Shown piece after piece: positions 41,008 to 51,218 of a DNA stretch of 64,000 bases. The DNA is taken from NCBI GenBank assembly GCA_963664015.2, contig CAXXLF010000002.1:512001-576000 (forward strand), read 5' to 3'. This stretch comes from Candidatus Binatia bacterium. GTDB taxonomy: Bacteria; Desulfobacterota; Binatia; UBA9968; CAXXLF01. The notes under the pieces were generated by a model. The model was not told where the DNA came from. It saw only the letters and a program-made list of their open reading frames with translations, and made no database searches. Made by a program: the position numbers and the translations under genes. The number at the start of each line of letters is the position of its first letter. Position 1 is the first letter of the stretch.

Positions 41008-42054
41008 TTACGCGTTCTTCAGAAGAGGAAAAATCCTCTTTGCATTTTCCGTAAAGATCTTTTTCTTATCTTCGCCACTGAGAAATCCTATGCTGTCGAT
41101 GACCGGGATCAGGTCGTCCGATGGTTTGTTGGTTTCCGGATTCAAGATCGCCGTGCCCGAGCCAGGGGCCTCGGTTCCAAACAGCATCCGACTGACGCCC
41201 CGCTGCTTGATCGCCGTAGCCAGAAAGTCTTTGTCGTAGGCACAGGTGTCGGAAAAGAGATTGTTACTGACATCCATTCTACGCCCTGTTTCTCGCCTCT
41301 ATACCCCCGCCCCCACCGAGCCGCCGGATTCTTCACCGGACGGCTTGGCTCCTCGCGACACCAGTCGATTCAAGGCCCCACCGCAATGACAGATGATCAC
41401 CTTGAGCTCGGGAAAGCGCTGGAATACGTCGCTGTGCTCCAGCAACAGGGTGGCCAGAGTCTCTTCCGTCATATTGTTATACTAGTAGTTATGGGGAATA
41501 ATCTCGATGCGGGGATCCCGGCTGATGGCCGGGTGGACGATGAGAGGGGCTTTCAGCTCCTGTGCCTTTTCGTAAAGCGGGTACCAGTACTCCATGTCCA
41601 TGCCCGGTGTCTGTCGGTCAGCTCCGGGATCCGGATTGACCAGGGCGCCCACAAACCCCAATTCTTTGATGCATCGAACCAATTCGGGGACGCAGTTGCT
41701 CGTGTTCAACTTGGAGTTCTGCGGCAGCTGGGCAATCCCAACGAAACGGTCTGGATGCATTTGACACTGTTGATGAATGATATCGTTGGTGACCCGGGTC
41801 CATTTGTTTACTATAAACGGGGCCTCCCAGTGCATCATAGCCACCGGCCTTGGGGAAATCATTTGTAGATCAATATTCCTCTCGTCCATTATCCGGAAGT
41901 GCCGCGCCAATGCGCCATCCATGAGTTCTTTAGAGATTTCAAGGTCGGTTCCACCGGGGCTTCTAAGCGCAATGAGATTGTAGGCAAAGGCCCTGAAATG
42001 GGGCGGGGTCGACATATGACCGTGTACATCAATTACCTTTTGTCCGTTGTACAT
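41008..42054 (-). pseudogene. Amidohydrolase-2 family, LigY/LigJ-like meta-cleavage product hydrolase, with two in-frame TAG codons
   Basis: IDVHGH, ISPRPVAMMH, NPDP, YWYPLYEK, HCGGA, FGTEAPGSG. One frame throughout, interrupted by TAG at 41482-41484 and 41299-41301. Confidence 0.85.
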
Positions 42055-42336
42055 AGTTCCCCCAGCAGATTAGATTCGGGTATACTCTTCGGGTAACCCG
42101 CTACCCCCATTCGTTTCCCTCAAATAACCATCAATGCAAGCCCAGGCTTCGATGCCGGGGTCTCCCATTGATAAAAACAGCGGGGAGAAAAGAGCATGGA
42201 TCAGGGTTAGGACAGAATAAGTGGGATAGGGCTCATGTCCGGGGTTGGTCCGGAAACCGAACCGGCCCCGTCAATGAACTCACTGAATTCAGCTCGAGCG
42301 GCGGAGAGATTCCGTCGCAGTATAATATGCGGATGG

Positions 42337-43437
42337 CTAACCCTTGCGGATTCCCTTTAGGACCTCGTCCATGTGACTGGGAGCACCGATCTTGGCCAGC
42401 TCGCCTTCGAATATCCCACGAATTTTGGGATCCTCGTCCTGATACTCGATCTGGCCTCCGCCGTCCTTAACGTCTTCCGAGGTACCGAATTGTTTTTTCA
42501 GCCCCGGGTGCTTCCGGCTGGTAAAGGGCTTTAACGCCAGATACCGGGCGGACTCGGCACCTTTATTGAAATGCTGGTGGAACCACAATTCGGGAGGAAC
42601 AAACAAGCTCATCTCATGCCAGTCGTATCTCGTAAAGTCTTTTCCCTCGGGCCACATCATAGAATAGCCCTCGCCCTTGAGCACGATCACGTGGGCGCCG
42701 GCGCCATGGCGGTGGGCCTTCTTATAGGTGCCCACGGGAAATTCCGAGATGTGAGCGGACATCACGTTGTTGGCAATCTCGAGCATGATCCCGGTCCCAC
42801 CGGCACCACGGACGCTCTGGTCCTTCAATTGAAACGCCCTGACGTCCTGGATGAAGTTGCTTTCCCAGAACCTCTCGGCAAGGAACTTCCCCTTACCGCT
42901 GAAGAAATCGTCCTCCCCGCTGTAACGGTCTTTAAAAACGTGATCGCAATTGAAGATGAAATCCTGGCTATGGAATAGATTCATGACGGTAGGGGCATCG
43001 GTCATACCCAGCAGCCGTACCGGTTGATCCCCCTGGCCGTTGAAGTGCTGATACCAGGCGTTCAAGGGAGGCGAAAAGACGCTTCCCTCCTGCCATTCAA
43101 ACGTCTGCTTCTTCCCACCTTCGTTCCATACGCTGGTAGCTCCGCGGCCGCTAACCACGAAGAGGAGTTCTTCAAACATGTGTTTTTGAGGCTTGATGGA
43201 CTGCCCCGCCGGGATCTCCAGGATGTAGCTATCGTTGACCCCTTCGCTACCATCCAGGTTCAGATAACTCCCCATGGCCCCCATGCGCTTCCAGGGCGCG
43301 ACTTCCACCTTTCGCACATCCTGGATGAAGAACCCCCCGACGACTGGTATGTTTTCTTCCACCAGAAACTCGTCATAAGCGCTAATGCACCCCAGTTCGT
43401 TTCCCTTAAGTTTCACCGCTGTTGCCGGTTTTGCCAT
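42337..43437 (-). CDS. Bicupin paralog C
   Basis: QKHMFEE...WYQHFN and KAHRHGAGAH...WFHQHFN. Confidence 0.85.
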   Translation of the reverse strand: MAKPATAVKLKGNELGCISAYDEFLVEENIPVVGGFFIQDVRKVEVAPWKRMGAMGSYLNLDGSEGVNDSYILEIPAGQSIKPQKHMFEELLFVVSGRGATSVWNEGGKKQTFEWQEGSVFSPPLNAWYQHFNGQGDQPVRLLGMTDAPTVMNLFHSQDFIFNCDHVFKDRYSGEDDFFSGKGKFLAERFWESNFIQDVRAFQLKDQSVRGAGGTGIMLEIANNVMSAHISEFPVGTYKKAHRHGAGAHVIVLKGEGYSMMWPEGKDFTRYDWHEMSLFVPPELWFHQHFNKGAESARYLALKPFTSRKHPGLKKQFGTSEDVKDGGGQIEYQDEDPKIRGIFEGELAKIGAPSHMDEVLKGIRKG

Positions 43438-43589
43438 TCCAACCCTCCTAATTTTTAAATATGAGATACTACTGTTGCATTTTTTCTGACGATAGACAAA
43501 GGAAGGCCACAGCTTCGGAGCAGTGAATCCCCTGCCGGGCTCACCGGCAACTGGACGAGATCGAGTCTTCGGATAACCGATCTCGAACG

Positions 43590-44747
43590 CTACCGCTTCT
43601 TACCCCCGCCTTTGAGCCAGAGGTCGTTCCAGAAATTCATCATCTCGGGCAGAAAGGGCTGCATCTGGTTGGCATTGATGAATACCTGCCTCCGGCCCAG
43701 GATCTGATCGGCAAAGGGCAGGAATTCGGCCCTTATAAGGTCCTTGTGGCTCGGGGTCCAATAGGTCGCAGCGTACTGCGCAAGCTGGCCTTCCTTACTA
43801 AGCAACCAGTTCAGAAAGAGTTTGGCCGCATTCACGTTGGGAGCTCCCTTGAGAATGATCGCGGATCCGCCTACCGCCGCAGGAACCGGCTCGGGGCATG
43901 AGAACCCAAGCGGTGCCCCTTGCTTCATCAAACGGTAAGGGCTCTTATAATGGGATGGGATGACACCGTAAAACTCGCCGGCTGCGGCGAGCTGAGGGAG
44001 GGCATTCATGCCCTCTTTACGGAGCTGCGGCTTGAGCTCATTAAACAGTCTTGTCATGTACTCCTTGGTCCACTTTTCCCCCTTGTCCAGCCACAGGTTC
44101 GCTAAAAAAAGGTTAGGACGATTTCCAAGGGCAAGGTTACCGTTCCTCCAGATGGGGTTGGTCAGAAAGTCTTCCCACTTCTTGGGAAGGTCTTTCTGCT
44201 TCACCAACCTCGTGTTGTAGGCCAGGCACCAATAGATGCTGAAAGTACCTACCCATCCACCTTCGGGATCCTTAAGCCCCTCAGCCACGTTCTTGAACCC
44301 GGGGATCTCCTCCAGGGGCTCGACCCCACCAGCCTTTACGAACTCAAAGACAAAGGAGCCTACGTTGGCCACGATATCGGACAAGTACCTTCCGCCCGTA
44401 TAGGCCTCCAGGGTCTTAAAGGTCCGGCTAGCCCGGTTGGAACCAAAGTAGTCGACTTTAATCGACGGATACCGCTCCCGAAAGGGCGCAAGGAAGAGGT
44501 TTCTTTCCTTGGATTGGAGCGGCGTGCTCCGTATCTTGACCAAGCCTTCTTTTTTAGCCCCATCGATCCAAGCCTTCGGGACGCTCAGCTCCTTGTCCAA
44601 GCCAGACAAAATCGAAGCGTCCAGTTTCAGGCTCTTGAGTGCCTTCTGAGTCGATTTCGGAAAACCCGCTGAACGAACGTTGTGGGGAATGGTGAAACCC
44701 CAAGCCAGAGTCAAGATCATAATCCATGAAACGGATAGTCTTTTCAT
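43590..44747 (-). CDS. ABC substrate-binding protein (paralog of 36641..37804)
   Basis: Signal peptide; SILSGLDKELSVPKAWIDGAKKEG, LGNRPNLF, KPQLRKEGMNAL, CPEPVPA. Confidence 0.88.
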   Translation of the reverse strand: MKRLSVSWIMILTLAWGFTIPHNVRSAGFPKSTQKALKSLKLDASILSGLDKELSVPKAWIDGAKKEGLVKIRSTPLQSKERNLFLAPFRERYPSIKVDYFGSNRASRTFKTLEAYTGGRYLSDIVANVGSFVFEFVKAGGVEPLEEIPGFKNVAEGLKDPEGGWVGTFSIYWCLAYNTRLVKQKDLPKKWEDFLTNPIWRNGNLALGNRPNLFLANLWLDKGEKWTKEYMTRLFNELKPQLRKEGMNALPQLAAAGEFYGVIPSHYKSPYRLMKQGAPLGFSCPEPVPAAVGGSAIILKGAPNVNAAKLFLNWLLSKEGQLAQYAATYWTPSHKDLIRAEFLPFADQILGRRQVFINANQMQPFLPEMMNFWNDLWLKGGGKKR

Positions 44748-44959
44748 CGTCTATCTCCTCAATTCTCCGTGGCTGTTTCCAGGGGACTATTGCTTGGGTC
44801 GTTACATCACAATCAAAGTAGAGTTGTCAAGACTCGGTTGAACGGGGCGATTAGAAGGATATTGTCAAAAACCCAATAGTGGAAGATGACGAGAGTCCTT
44901 TGGCAAGTGCTGAAATGGATACCTCGGGCCTTTATCCTCGACAGGGAAAATGGCGGCAG

Positions 44960-45706
44960 CTAATAGGTCGGCAGCGATCTTCCGGCGTCCAAAGGCAAAA
45001 GGACTCCGGTGATATTCTTTGCATCATCCGAGGCGAGAAAAAGCACAGCCGCAGCCACATCTTCGGACGTGTGGAGTCTTTTCAAAGTTGCATCCTCTAC
45101 CAGCCGCGTCACCTGCTCCGGCCTTTTCTTCAACTCTGCGGTCAAGGTGGGGCCCACGAGAACCGCATTGACTCGAATATTCTGAGCCCCGTGATCTAGC
45201 GCCATAGCAACCGTGAGAGAATTCACCGCGGCCTTACTTGCCGATCGGAGGGCACGCCCTTTCACTCCGGAACCGGCAATCGATGACAGGTTGATGATCG
45301 CCCCTCCCCCACCCCGCGCTATCACAGGTATTGCGAGGCGAGAAAGTGTTATTAGACCCATCAGGTCGACGCGCATTTCCTCTTCGAAATCCTTTTCCGT
45401 GACATCCATCACGCTGCCCATGATCCGGCGGGCGGCACCATAATTGACAAGGACATCTATCCTTCCGAACTTCTCGACCGTGGCCTTAACAATGGATTCG
45501 GCAGTGGCGGTTCCGCTCACATCTCCCGTCACAACGATTCCCTCCCCACCCGCCTTTTCTATTTCACGCAAGGATTCCTGACCCTGCTCCATTGATTTGC
45601 AGCACCCGGCAATCCGCGACCCCTCGTGGGCAAGGGCCAAGGCAATGGCACGTCCAGTCTCAGAATCGAATCCGGCAACCACGGACACCTTATCTTTGAG
45701 CTTCAT
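44960..45706 (-). CDS. Short-chain dehydrogenase/reductase, atypical active site
   Basis: LKDKVSVV, FGRIDVLVN, IINLSS, NIRVNAV, ITGVLLPLDAG. YxxxK is replaced by RSASK. Confidence 0.82.
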   Translation of the reverse strand: MKLKDKVSVVAGFDSETGRAIALALAHEGSRIAGCCKSMEQGQESLREIEKAGGEGIVVTGDVSGTATAESIVKATVEKFGRIDVLVNYGAARRIMGSVMDVTEKDFEEEMRVDLMGLITLSRLAIPVIARGGGGAIINLSSIAGSGVKGRALRSASKAAVNSLTVAMALDHGAQNIRVNAVLVGPTLTAELKKRPEQVTRLVEDATLKRLHTSEDVAAAVLFLASDDAKNITGVLLPLDAGRSLPTY

Positions 45707-45740
45707 AGTGAACCTATCCTTTCCCGAATTGGGAGCGCAC

Positions 45741-47999
45741 TTAGAGTGGAGAGGCCGCTTTCAACTCCCCCAGTCCATTCAAGACTTTCTCAGGGGTAAT
45801 GGGAGCATCCATGATCCTGACCCCGGTCGCGGCATAAACAGCATTGGCGATCGCGGGAGCAATAACGCTGATGCCACACTCGGCAACCGCCTTGGTGCCA
45901 AAGGGGCCCGGTCCTTCCTTAGCCTGGACAAGCGTCGTCGTCAATCGGGGAATATCCCGTATGTTGGGAATCTTATAGTCACCCAGATTAAGCGTCATGA
46001 TCCGGCCTTCCTCAAGGATCAGATTCTCCATCAATGTAAAACCCACTCCTTGCATGATGCCACCTTCAATCTGTCCCTGATGGATAATCGGATTGATCAC
46101 GCGGGTCACATCGAGGGCGAAATGTATTCGTCGAACCGCCACCTGGCCCGTCTCTCCGTCAACCTCCACGTCGGCAACCGCCGCGAAAAAGCAAAACACG
46201 TCGGAAGCATTATCCTTGCAATGGCCGACCCCCTTGAATGGTCCATTGGTTGCAAGTCGCGCAAGAGCCTTTAAATCCAAATAACGTTTACGGGCAGATT
46301 TGAGACAGGCCCGTCCTTTTTCCCAGTGCACCTTGTGGGACGCTACCGCCCAGCAGAGTGCCGCCTGCTCCCGCAAAAGCGCCAGTAGAAATTCCGCTGC
46401 CCGGGCGACGGCCCGACCCTCGATGTGCACACCCCTTTGGGCCATAACACCGCCATCATAAGCTCCCGTATCCGTCCCCCTGAGATCAATCTGAACCGAG
46501 TCGGTGTCCACTCCCAGCACCTCGGCAACAACCTGCCGGTGCATCGTGTAGGCTCCCACGCCGACATCGCGCACGGACGTCACCAGACGAAGGGAACCTC
46601 CAGGATCCAATATCAACTCCGCCGTAGACTCTCCCGGCCCGATGTGATGATTCCCTAGACCTACCCCTCGCCCAAATTGCAATTGGGACTTGTCTTTGGC
46701 TGCCGGAGGCTTGGATTCCCCCCATCGGGATATCTTCCGAACCCGTTCCAACACCTCCGTCCCACAAGGGTCACGCAACGGTTTGGTGCTCGGTTGGCTG
46801 TCACCATCGCGCAGGACGTTTCTAAGGCGAAATTCGAGAGGGTCGATTCCCAACTTCTCCGCCATCATGTCCATGTGGCTCTCCACCGCATACAAGCACT
46901 GAACCTCGCCTGGTGCCCGGAAATAACCGCACGGGACCTGATTCGTGTAGACAATGAGTCCTTCCATGCGCACGTGGGGGGTCCGATAGGACCCGGCCAG
47001 CATGAAGGAGCCGGTCATGGCGTTTTGGGGGTTCCGCGACCCGTAGGCACCACCGTTGTAAACGATCCGTCCCTCCCAGGCCCACAGCCGTCCGTCTTTT
47101 TTCACACCCGTACGCACCGTAATCGCCGCCCCATGGCGGGGTTCACCGTCGTAGATTCCTTCGGCATATGTGTTCACAACCTTTACAGGCCGGCCCGATG
47201 CCCGCGCTAGGTGATAGACGTAGAGGATATCTTCATAACCCAGTTTCCCGCCGAAGGAGCCTCCCGTGGAGACCGGATGGAGCACAATCGCTTCCTCTGG
47301 AAGATCCGTGTGATTGGCTAACCATTCACGTACGTGAAACGGCGCTTGATGGCAGTCCCAAACGTCTACCCGGCCCTGTGGACTGATTTCCACAACGCCC
47401 GCTCGCGGCTCGATAAAACCCTGATGCACCATCTGGGTATGAAAGGTATTTTCGAAGATGTGATCCGACTGGCTAAAGCCTTCCTCAATGTTTCCCTTGT
47501 TTGAACGGTGCGCCGACCGGACATTTTTGAGCGATGCCTCTTTAAAGGACCCCCGATAGGACGCGTAATCCGGATGAAGGATAGGTGCCGTATCCATCAT
47601 AGCTTCAAGGGGGTCGAAGACAGCCGGCAATTCTTCATATTCGACGTCGATGCATTCCAACGCATCTTCAACAACATCCTTGTCGACCGCTGCAACACCC
47701 GCTACCTTTTCTCCAATGTAGCGCACCCGGTCCCTAGCAAAGATGGGTTGGTCCTGGAGGTTCAGACCTTCCAAGCGGGGGGGAACATCCTTACCCGTGA
47801 TAACCGCCTTCACACCGGGAAGTCTTTGTGCCCGGCTCGTGTCGATGTTTAAGATGCGCGCATGGGGAAAGGGGCTCCGCAAAAAACCGCCCCAAAGGGC
47901 GTCATCCCGGTTAATATCGGCCGCGTAAACACAGGTCCCCGTGACCTTACTCACCCCTTCAACCCGTGGGATATTTTTTCCAAGAACTGAGTTTTTCAT
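45741..47999 (-). CDS. Xanthine dehydrogenase-family Mo-binding large subunit (intact)
   Basis: RSPFPHA, GGSFGGK, YFRAPG, INPIIHQGQIEGG, GTKAVAE. Confidence 0.92.
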   Translation of the reverse strand: MKNSVLGKNIPRVEGVSKVTGTCVYAADINRDDALWGGFLRSPFPHARILNIDTSRAQRLPGVKAVITGKDVPPRLEGLNLQDQPIFARDRVRYIGEKVAGVAAVDKDVVEDALECIDVEYEELPAVFDPLEAMMDTAPILHPDYASYRGSFKEASLKNVRSAHRSNKGNIEEGFSQSDHIFENTFHTQMVHQGFIEPRAGVVEISPQGRVDVWDCHQAPFHVREWLANHTDLPEEAIVLHPVSTGGSFGGKLGYEDILYVYHLARASGRPVKVVNTYAEGIYDGEPRHGAAITVRTGVKKDGRLWAWEGRIVYNGGAYGSRNPQNAMTGSFMLAGSYRTPHVRMEGLIVYTNQVPCGYFRAPGEVQCLYAVESHMDMMAEKLGIDPLEFRLRNVLRDGDSQPSTKPLRDPCGTEVLERVRKISRWGESKPPAAKDKSQLQFGRGVGLGNHHIGPGESTAELILDPGGSLRLVTSVRDVGVGAYTMHRQVVAEVLGVDTDSVQIDLRGTDTGAYDGGVMAQRGVHIEGRAVARAAEFLLALLREQAALCWAVASHKVHWEKGRACLKSARKRYLDLKALARLATNGPFKGVGHCKDNASDVFCFFAAVADVEVDGETGQVAVRRIHFALDVTRVINPIIHQGQIEGGIMQGVGFTLMENLILEEGRIMTLNLGDYKIPNIRDIPRLTTTLVQAKEGPGPFGTKAVAECGISVIAPAIANAVYAATGVRIMDAPITPEKVLNGLGELKAASPL

Positions 48000-48129
48000 G
48001 ACTATTTGCTCGCGAGGAATGGTAGCAAACCCGTCGGTCGCAGGTCAACGGAATTATCCATCCGTACCCTTAAGGTTCATACCAAATGGCACCTGTGTTG
48101 TCGGTCAAACTTGCCGGGCAACGGGTTCC

Positions 48130-48158
48130 TTGACATCAACCAATACCCGGGATAGAAA
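48130..48158 (+). promoter_or_regulatory. Putative sigma70 promoter
   Basis: TTGACA-N17-TAGAAA upstream of AAGGAG and ATG 48199. Confidence 0.4.
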
Positions 48159-48198
48159 GAGCCGTATGTACCGCCAGGCAAAAGGAAGGAGATTATTT

Positions 48199-49284
48199 AT
48201 GAAACGTAAAAGTTTAGGCTCTTTAGCCGTCATCGGGGCTCTGTTGATGCTGGAAGCCTTTCCCGTATCCGACGTTTCTGCCTCTGAAGTCCAGCAGCTT
48301 ATCGCGGCTGCGAAAGAAAAGGGTGAGACTGTTCTCAACCTCTCCTGGGGCCAGCAATCCATGGGCGGTAGCAAGGGCGCAAAGAGATTCGAGGCCCTCT
48401 TCAACCGTATGTATGGCACTAACGTCAAGGTGAACTTTACTCCCGGACCTTCCATGCCACGAATCATCGGCAAGGTCACTCAGGAATTGGCGGCTGGGAC
48501 CAAGGCCTCCACGGACGTGCTACTGGGAACCGAAAGCCACTATGGGTCGCTCATGAAAAAGTCCGTGATGGAACCGTATAACTACAGGAAATTATCCGCG
48601 CGCATCACCGACGAGGTCATGGCCCCCAGGAACATCGGTGTGGAAGTGGCCACCTTCATTTCTGGCATCGTCTATAACACGCAGATTGTCTCACCGGCAG
48701 AGGCACCCAAGCACCTAAAGGATGTGCTGAACCCCAAGTGGAAGGGGAAGATTGCATCCACCCCTTACGCCGCTCAATTCGACCGGATCGCGCTGCTTCC
48801 CGGTTGGGGGAATGAAAAGATGAAGGGCTTCATCACCAAGCTCTCAAATAACGTCGGGGGTCTGATACGCTGCGGTGAGATTTCACGCATCACCAGCGGC
48901 GAGTTCGTGATGATGGCCATGGGCTGCGGCAGCTATGCGGTTCGTCTTGAGCAAGCCAAGGGCGCGCCCTTGGGACACGTCATTTTGCAGGACGGCGGCA
49001 CCATTTCTTTCTTTTACTGGGGAGTCCCCCAAAATGCGACCGCCCCGAATCTGGCTAAGCTCTTCATAAATATGGCCATGAGCGAGGAGGGACAGAAAGT
49101 CGTTTATAAAAATTATGCTACCGACCACCATGCCCTGCCCGGATCCCAATGGGCGGCCGAGTTGAAAGGATACAAGGACAGGAATATCCCCATCCTGGAG
49201 GTCGATGCCCAGTATGTCGCCGACCATCCCGAGCAGCGGAAGCTTGGCAGGGCGCTATCAAAGATCCTTAGAAAAAAGCGTTGA
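48199..49284 (+). CDS. ABC substrate-binding protein (AfuA-like fold)
   Basis: Signal peptide MKRKSLG..., YNTQIV, DVLNPKWKGKIAS, APNLAKLF...SEEGQ. Confidence 0.88.
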   Translation: MKRKSLGSLAVIGALLMLEAFPVSDVSASEVQQLIAAAKEKGETVLNLSWGQQSMGGSKGAKRFEALFNRMYGTNVKVNFTPGPSMPRIIGKVTQELAAGTKASTDVLLGTESHYGSLMKKSVMEPYNYRKLSARITDEVMAPRNIGVEVATFISGIVYNTQIVSPAEAPKHLKDVLNPKWKGKIASTPYAAQFDRIALLPGWGNEKMKGFITKLSNNVGGLIRCGEISRITSGEFVMMAMGCGSYAVRLEQAKGAPLGHVILQDGGTISFFYWGVPQNATAPNLAKLFINMAMSEEGQKVVYKNYATDHHALPGSQWAAELKGYKDRNIPILEVDAQYVADHPEQRKLGRALSKILRKKR

Positions 49285-49328
49285 GGCCAAGATAGAGATT
49301 CCGCCAGGAAAGAATTGGGCATGCAATT

Positions 49329-51098
49329 TTGAGATCCGGAGCGACTGTTCAAACTGCCGCCAATCAGAGACTCCGGGCAAAGGGCAAAGGGTTCGTAAAC
49401 GCCTTCCGGCGCCTTAGGATCAACCCCCTGTGGTTCGTGGTCGGTCCCATGGTGCTGATCATTGTCGGTCTTTTGCTGACCATATTCTGGATAAGCTTTA
49501 TTGCGGGCCTGCCCGGCACTCCCGAGGCACACTATTCCATCGCCAACTACCATAACCTGTATGCGGACTCGTTTGTCGTCACTGTACTGCTGAATACCCT
49601 GGGATTTGCAATTGCCACGACGGTGGTCGCACTCTTCTTTGGAGTCTCCATCGCCTGGTTTGTGGAACGAACCGACCTTCCGGGAAAATCCTCCATCTAT
49701 GCGATCATGAGCCTCGGCATCCTGATGCCCGGGTTTTTTACGGCCATGGGCTGGCTGTTCCTACTCCATCCGCGGATTGGAATCGTCAATCGCTGGATCA
49801 TGGACCTCACTGGACTCACCTCGGCACCGTTGAGTATTACGAACCTAATCGGAATGGGTTGGGTCCAGGGTCTTAATCTTACTGCCCTTGCCTTCATCAT
49901 GACCACAGCAAGCTTTCGCTCTATGGATCCCGCGCTCGAGGAAGCCGCGACCGTCCATGGAGCTAGTTTCGGGCAAATGCTGCGGTCGGTCTTTGGCCCC
50001 TTGATGCTTCCGGGACTTGTCGCTAGCGCCATCTATATCTTTACGATCAGCATCGGGGTCTTTGACACCCCTGCGATCATTGGCCTGAGTAATCGAATCT
50101 TTACCTTCAGCACGTATGTCTACACCCAGAGTATCACCGAGGATGCGTTGCCCGACTATGGCGTCGTTGCCGCCATGAGCTCGCTGATGACGGCCCTGGC
50201 GCTACTGTTGGCCTATTATTACAGCGGTGTGATCAAAAAAAGTTACCAGTATCAGATCGTCACAGGCAAAGGCTACCGGCCCCATCTGTACAGGCTGGGA
50301 AGATGGACGGGACCCGTATGGGGCTTCATCGGACTGTATTTTCTATTGAGCAAAGTGCTTCCTTTCTTATTGTTAGTCTGGGCATCTCTACTTCGTTACT
50401 TCCAGCCGCCATCTATGCAGGCCCTGGCCGGCATTTCGCTGCAAAATTTCCGTGATATGCCATTGGATTTACTCGCCCGAAGCGGACTGAATTCAGCCAT
50501 CCTCATGATCATCGTGCCCACACTAGCCGTGGCCATCAGCTTCGGTTTTTCCTGGATAGTAGTTCGCACAAACTTCCGTTTCCGGATGGTTCTGGACTTT
50601 TTCGCCTTTTTGCCCCATGCGGTCCCCAGTATCATATTCGGCGTTGGAGCCCTTTTTGTCGCTCTGTTTGTTCTCAAGGGTATACCCCTGTATGGATCGC
50701 TGACACTGTTGGGGATCGTCTATGTAGTGGACCGGTTGACCTTTGGAACACGCCTCCTGAACTCGGCGTTGATTCAAGTACACCACGATCTCGAAGAAGC
50801 TGCCACGGTTTGTGGCGCGACCGGCATGAAGGTCGCTCGCAGTGTCCTTGCGCCGCTAGTTTTACCCGCGATCCTGAGCGGTTGGTTGTGGATGGGCCTT
50901 CTCACCCTCCGCGAGCTTACGTTGGCAACAATCCTGTTCACCCCTAACAACGTCACCATGCCTGTGGTCATATGGAGCATTTGGAGCAGCGGCAACTATG
51001 GAATTGCCTCGTCGATTACTCTTGTTCTTTTGCTCTGTCTGGCACCGCTGGTCCTGGTCTACTGGATCATCGGCCGGCACAGTATGTTGCGGGACTGA
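49329..51098 (+). CDS. ABC permease, fused two-domain FbpB-like
   Basis: ERTDLPGK, DPALEEAATVHGAS, DLEEAATVCGA. Confidence 0.9.
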   Translation: MRSGATVQTAANQRLRAKGKGFVNAFRRLRINPLWFVVGPMVLIIVGLLLTIFWISFIAGLPGTPEAHYSIANYHNLYADSFVVTVLLNTLGFAIATTVVALFFGVSIAWFVERTDLPGKSSIYAIMSLGILMPGFFTAMGWLFLLHPRIGIVNRWIMDLTGLTSAPLSITNLIGMGWVQGLNLTALAFIMTTASFRSMDPALEEAATVHGASFGQMLRSVFGPLMLPGLVASAIYIFTISIGVFDTPAIIGLSNRIFTFSTYVYTQSITEDALPDYGVVAAMSSLMTALALLLAYYYSGVIKKSYQYQIVTGKGYRPHLYRLGRWTGPVWGFIGLYFLLSKVLPFLLLVWASLLRYFQPPSMQALAGISLQNFRDMPLDLLARSGLNSAILMIIVPTLAVAISFGFSWIVVRTNFRFRMVLDFFAFLPHAVPSIIFGVGALFVALFVLKGIPLYGSLTLLGIVYVVDRLTFGTRLLNSALIQVHHDLEEAATVCGATGMKVARSVLAPLVLPAILSGWLWMGLLTLRELTLATILFTPNNVTMPVVIWSIWSSGNYGIASSITLVLLLCLAPLVLVYWIIGRHSMLRD

Positions 51099-51140
51099 TC
51101 CGGACGATGCAGGGAGGCCGCAAATGAGTTGAGCTTGTGA

Positions 51141-51169
51141 TTGACACTGATCGATTGATCCCATAGTTT
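51141..51169 (+). promoter_or_regulatory. Putative sigma70 promoter of the second UbiD gene
   Basis: TTGACA-N17-TAGTTT. Confidence 0.5.
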
Positions 51170-51218
51170 GGCAGGTCGGATCCCCTGAACAATACTTCTT
51201 AGATGAAAGGAACATCAT

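Noticed and set aside
41002-41868. 288-aa plus-strand ORF and other long antisense ORFs (9327..10064, 29703..30515, 38186..38881)
   Set aside because: They shadow well-supported opposite-strand genes and carry no recognisable motifs.
45741-47999. Aerobic CO dehydrogenase CoxL
   Set aside because: Lacks the AYxCSFR motif (has YFRAPG) and no coxS/coxM is present.
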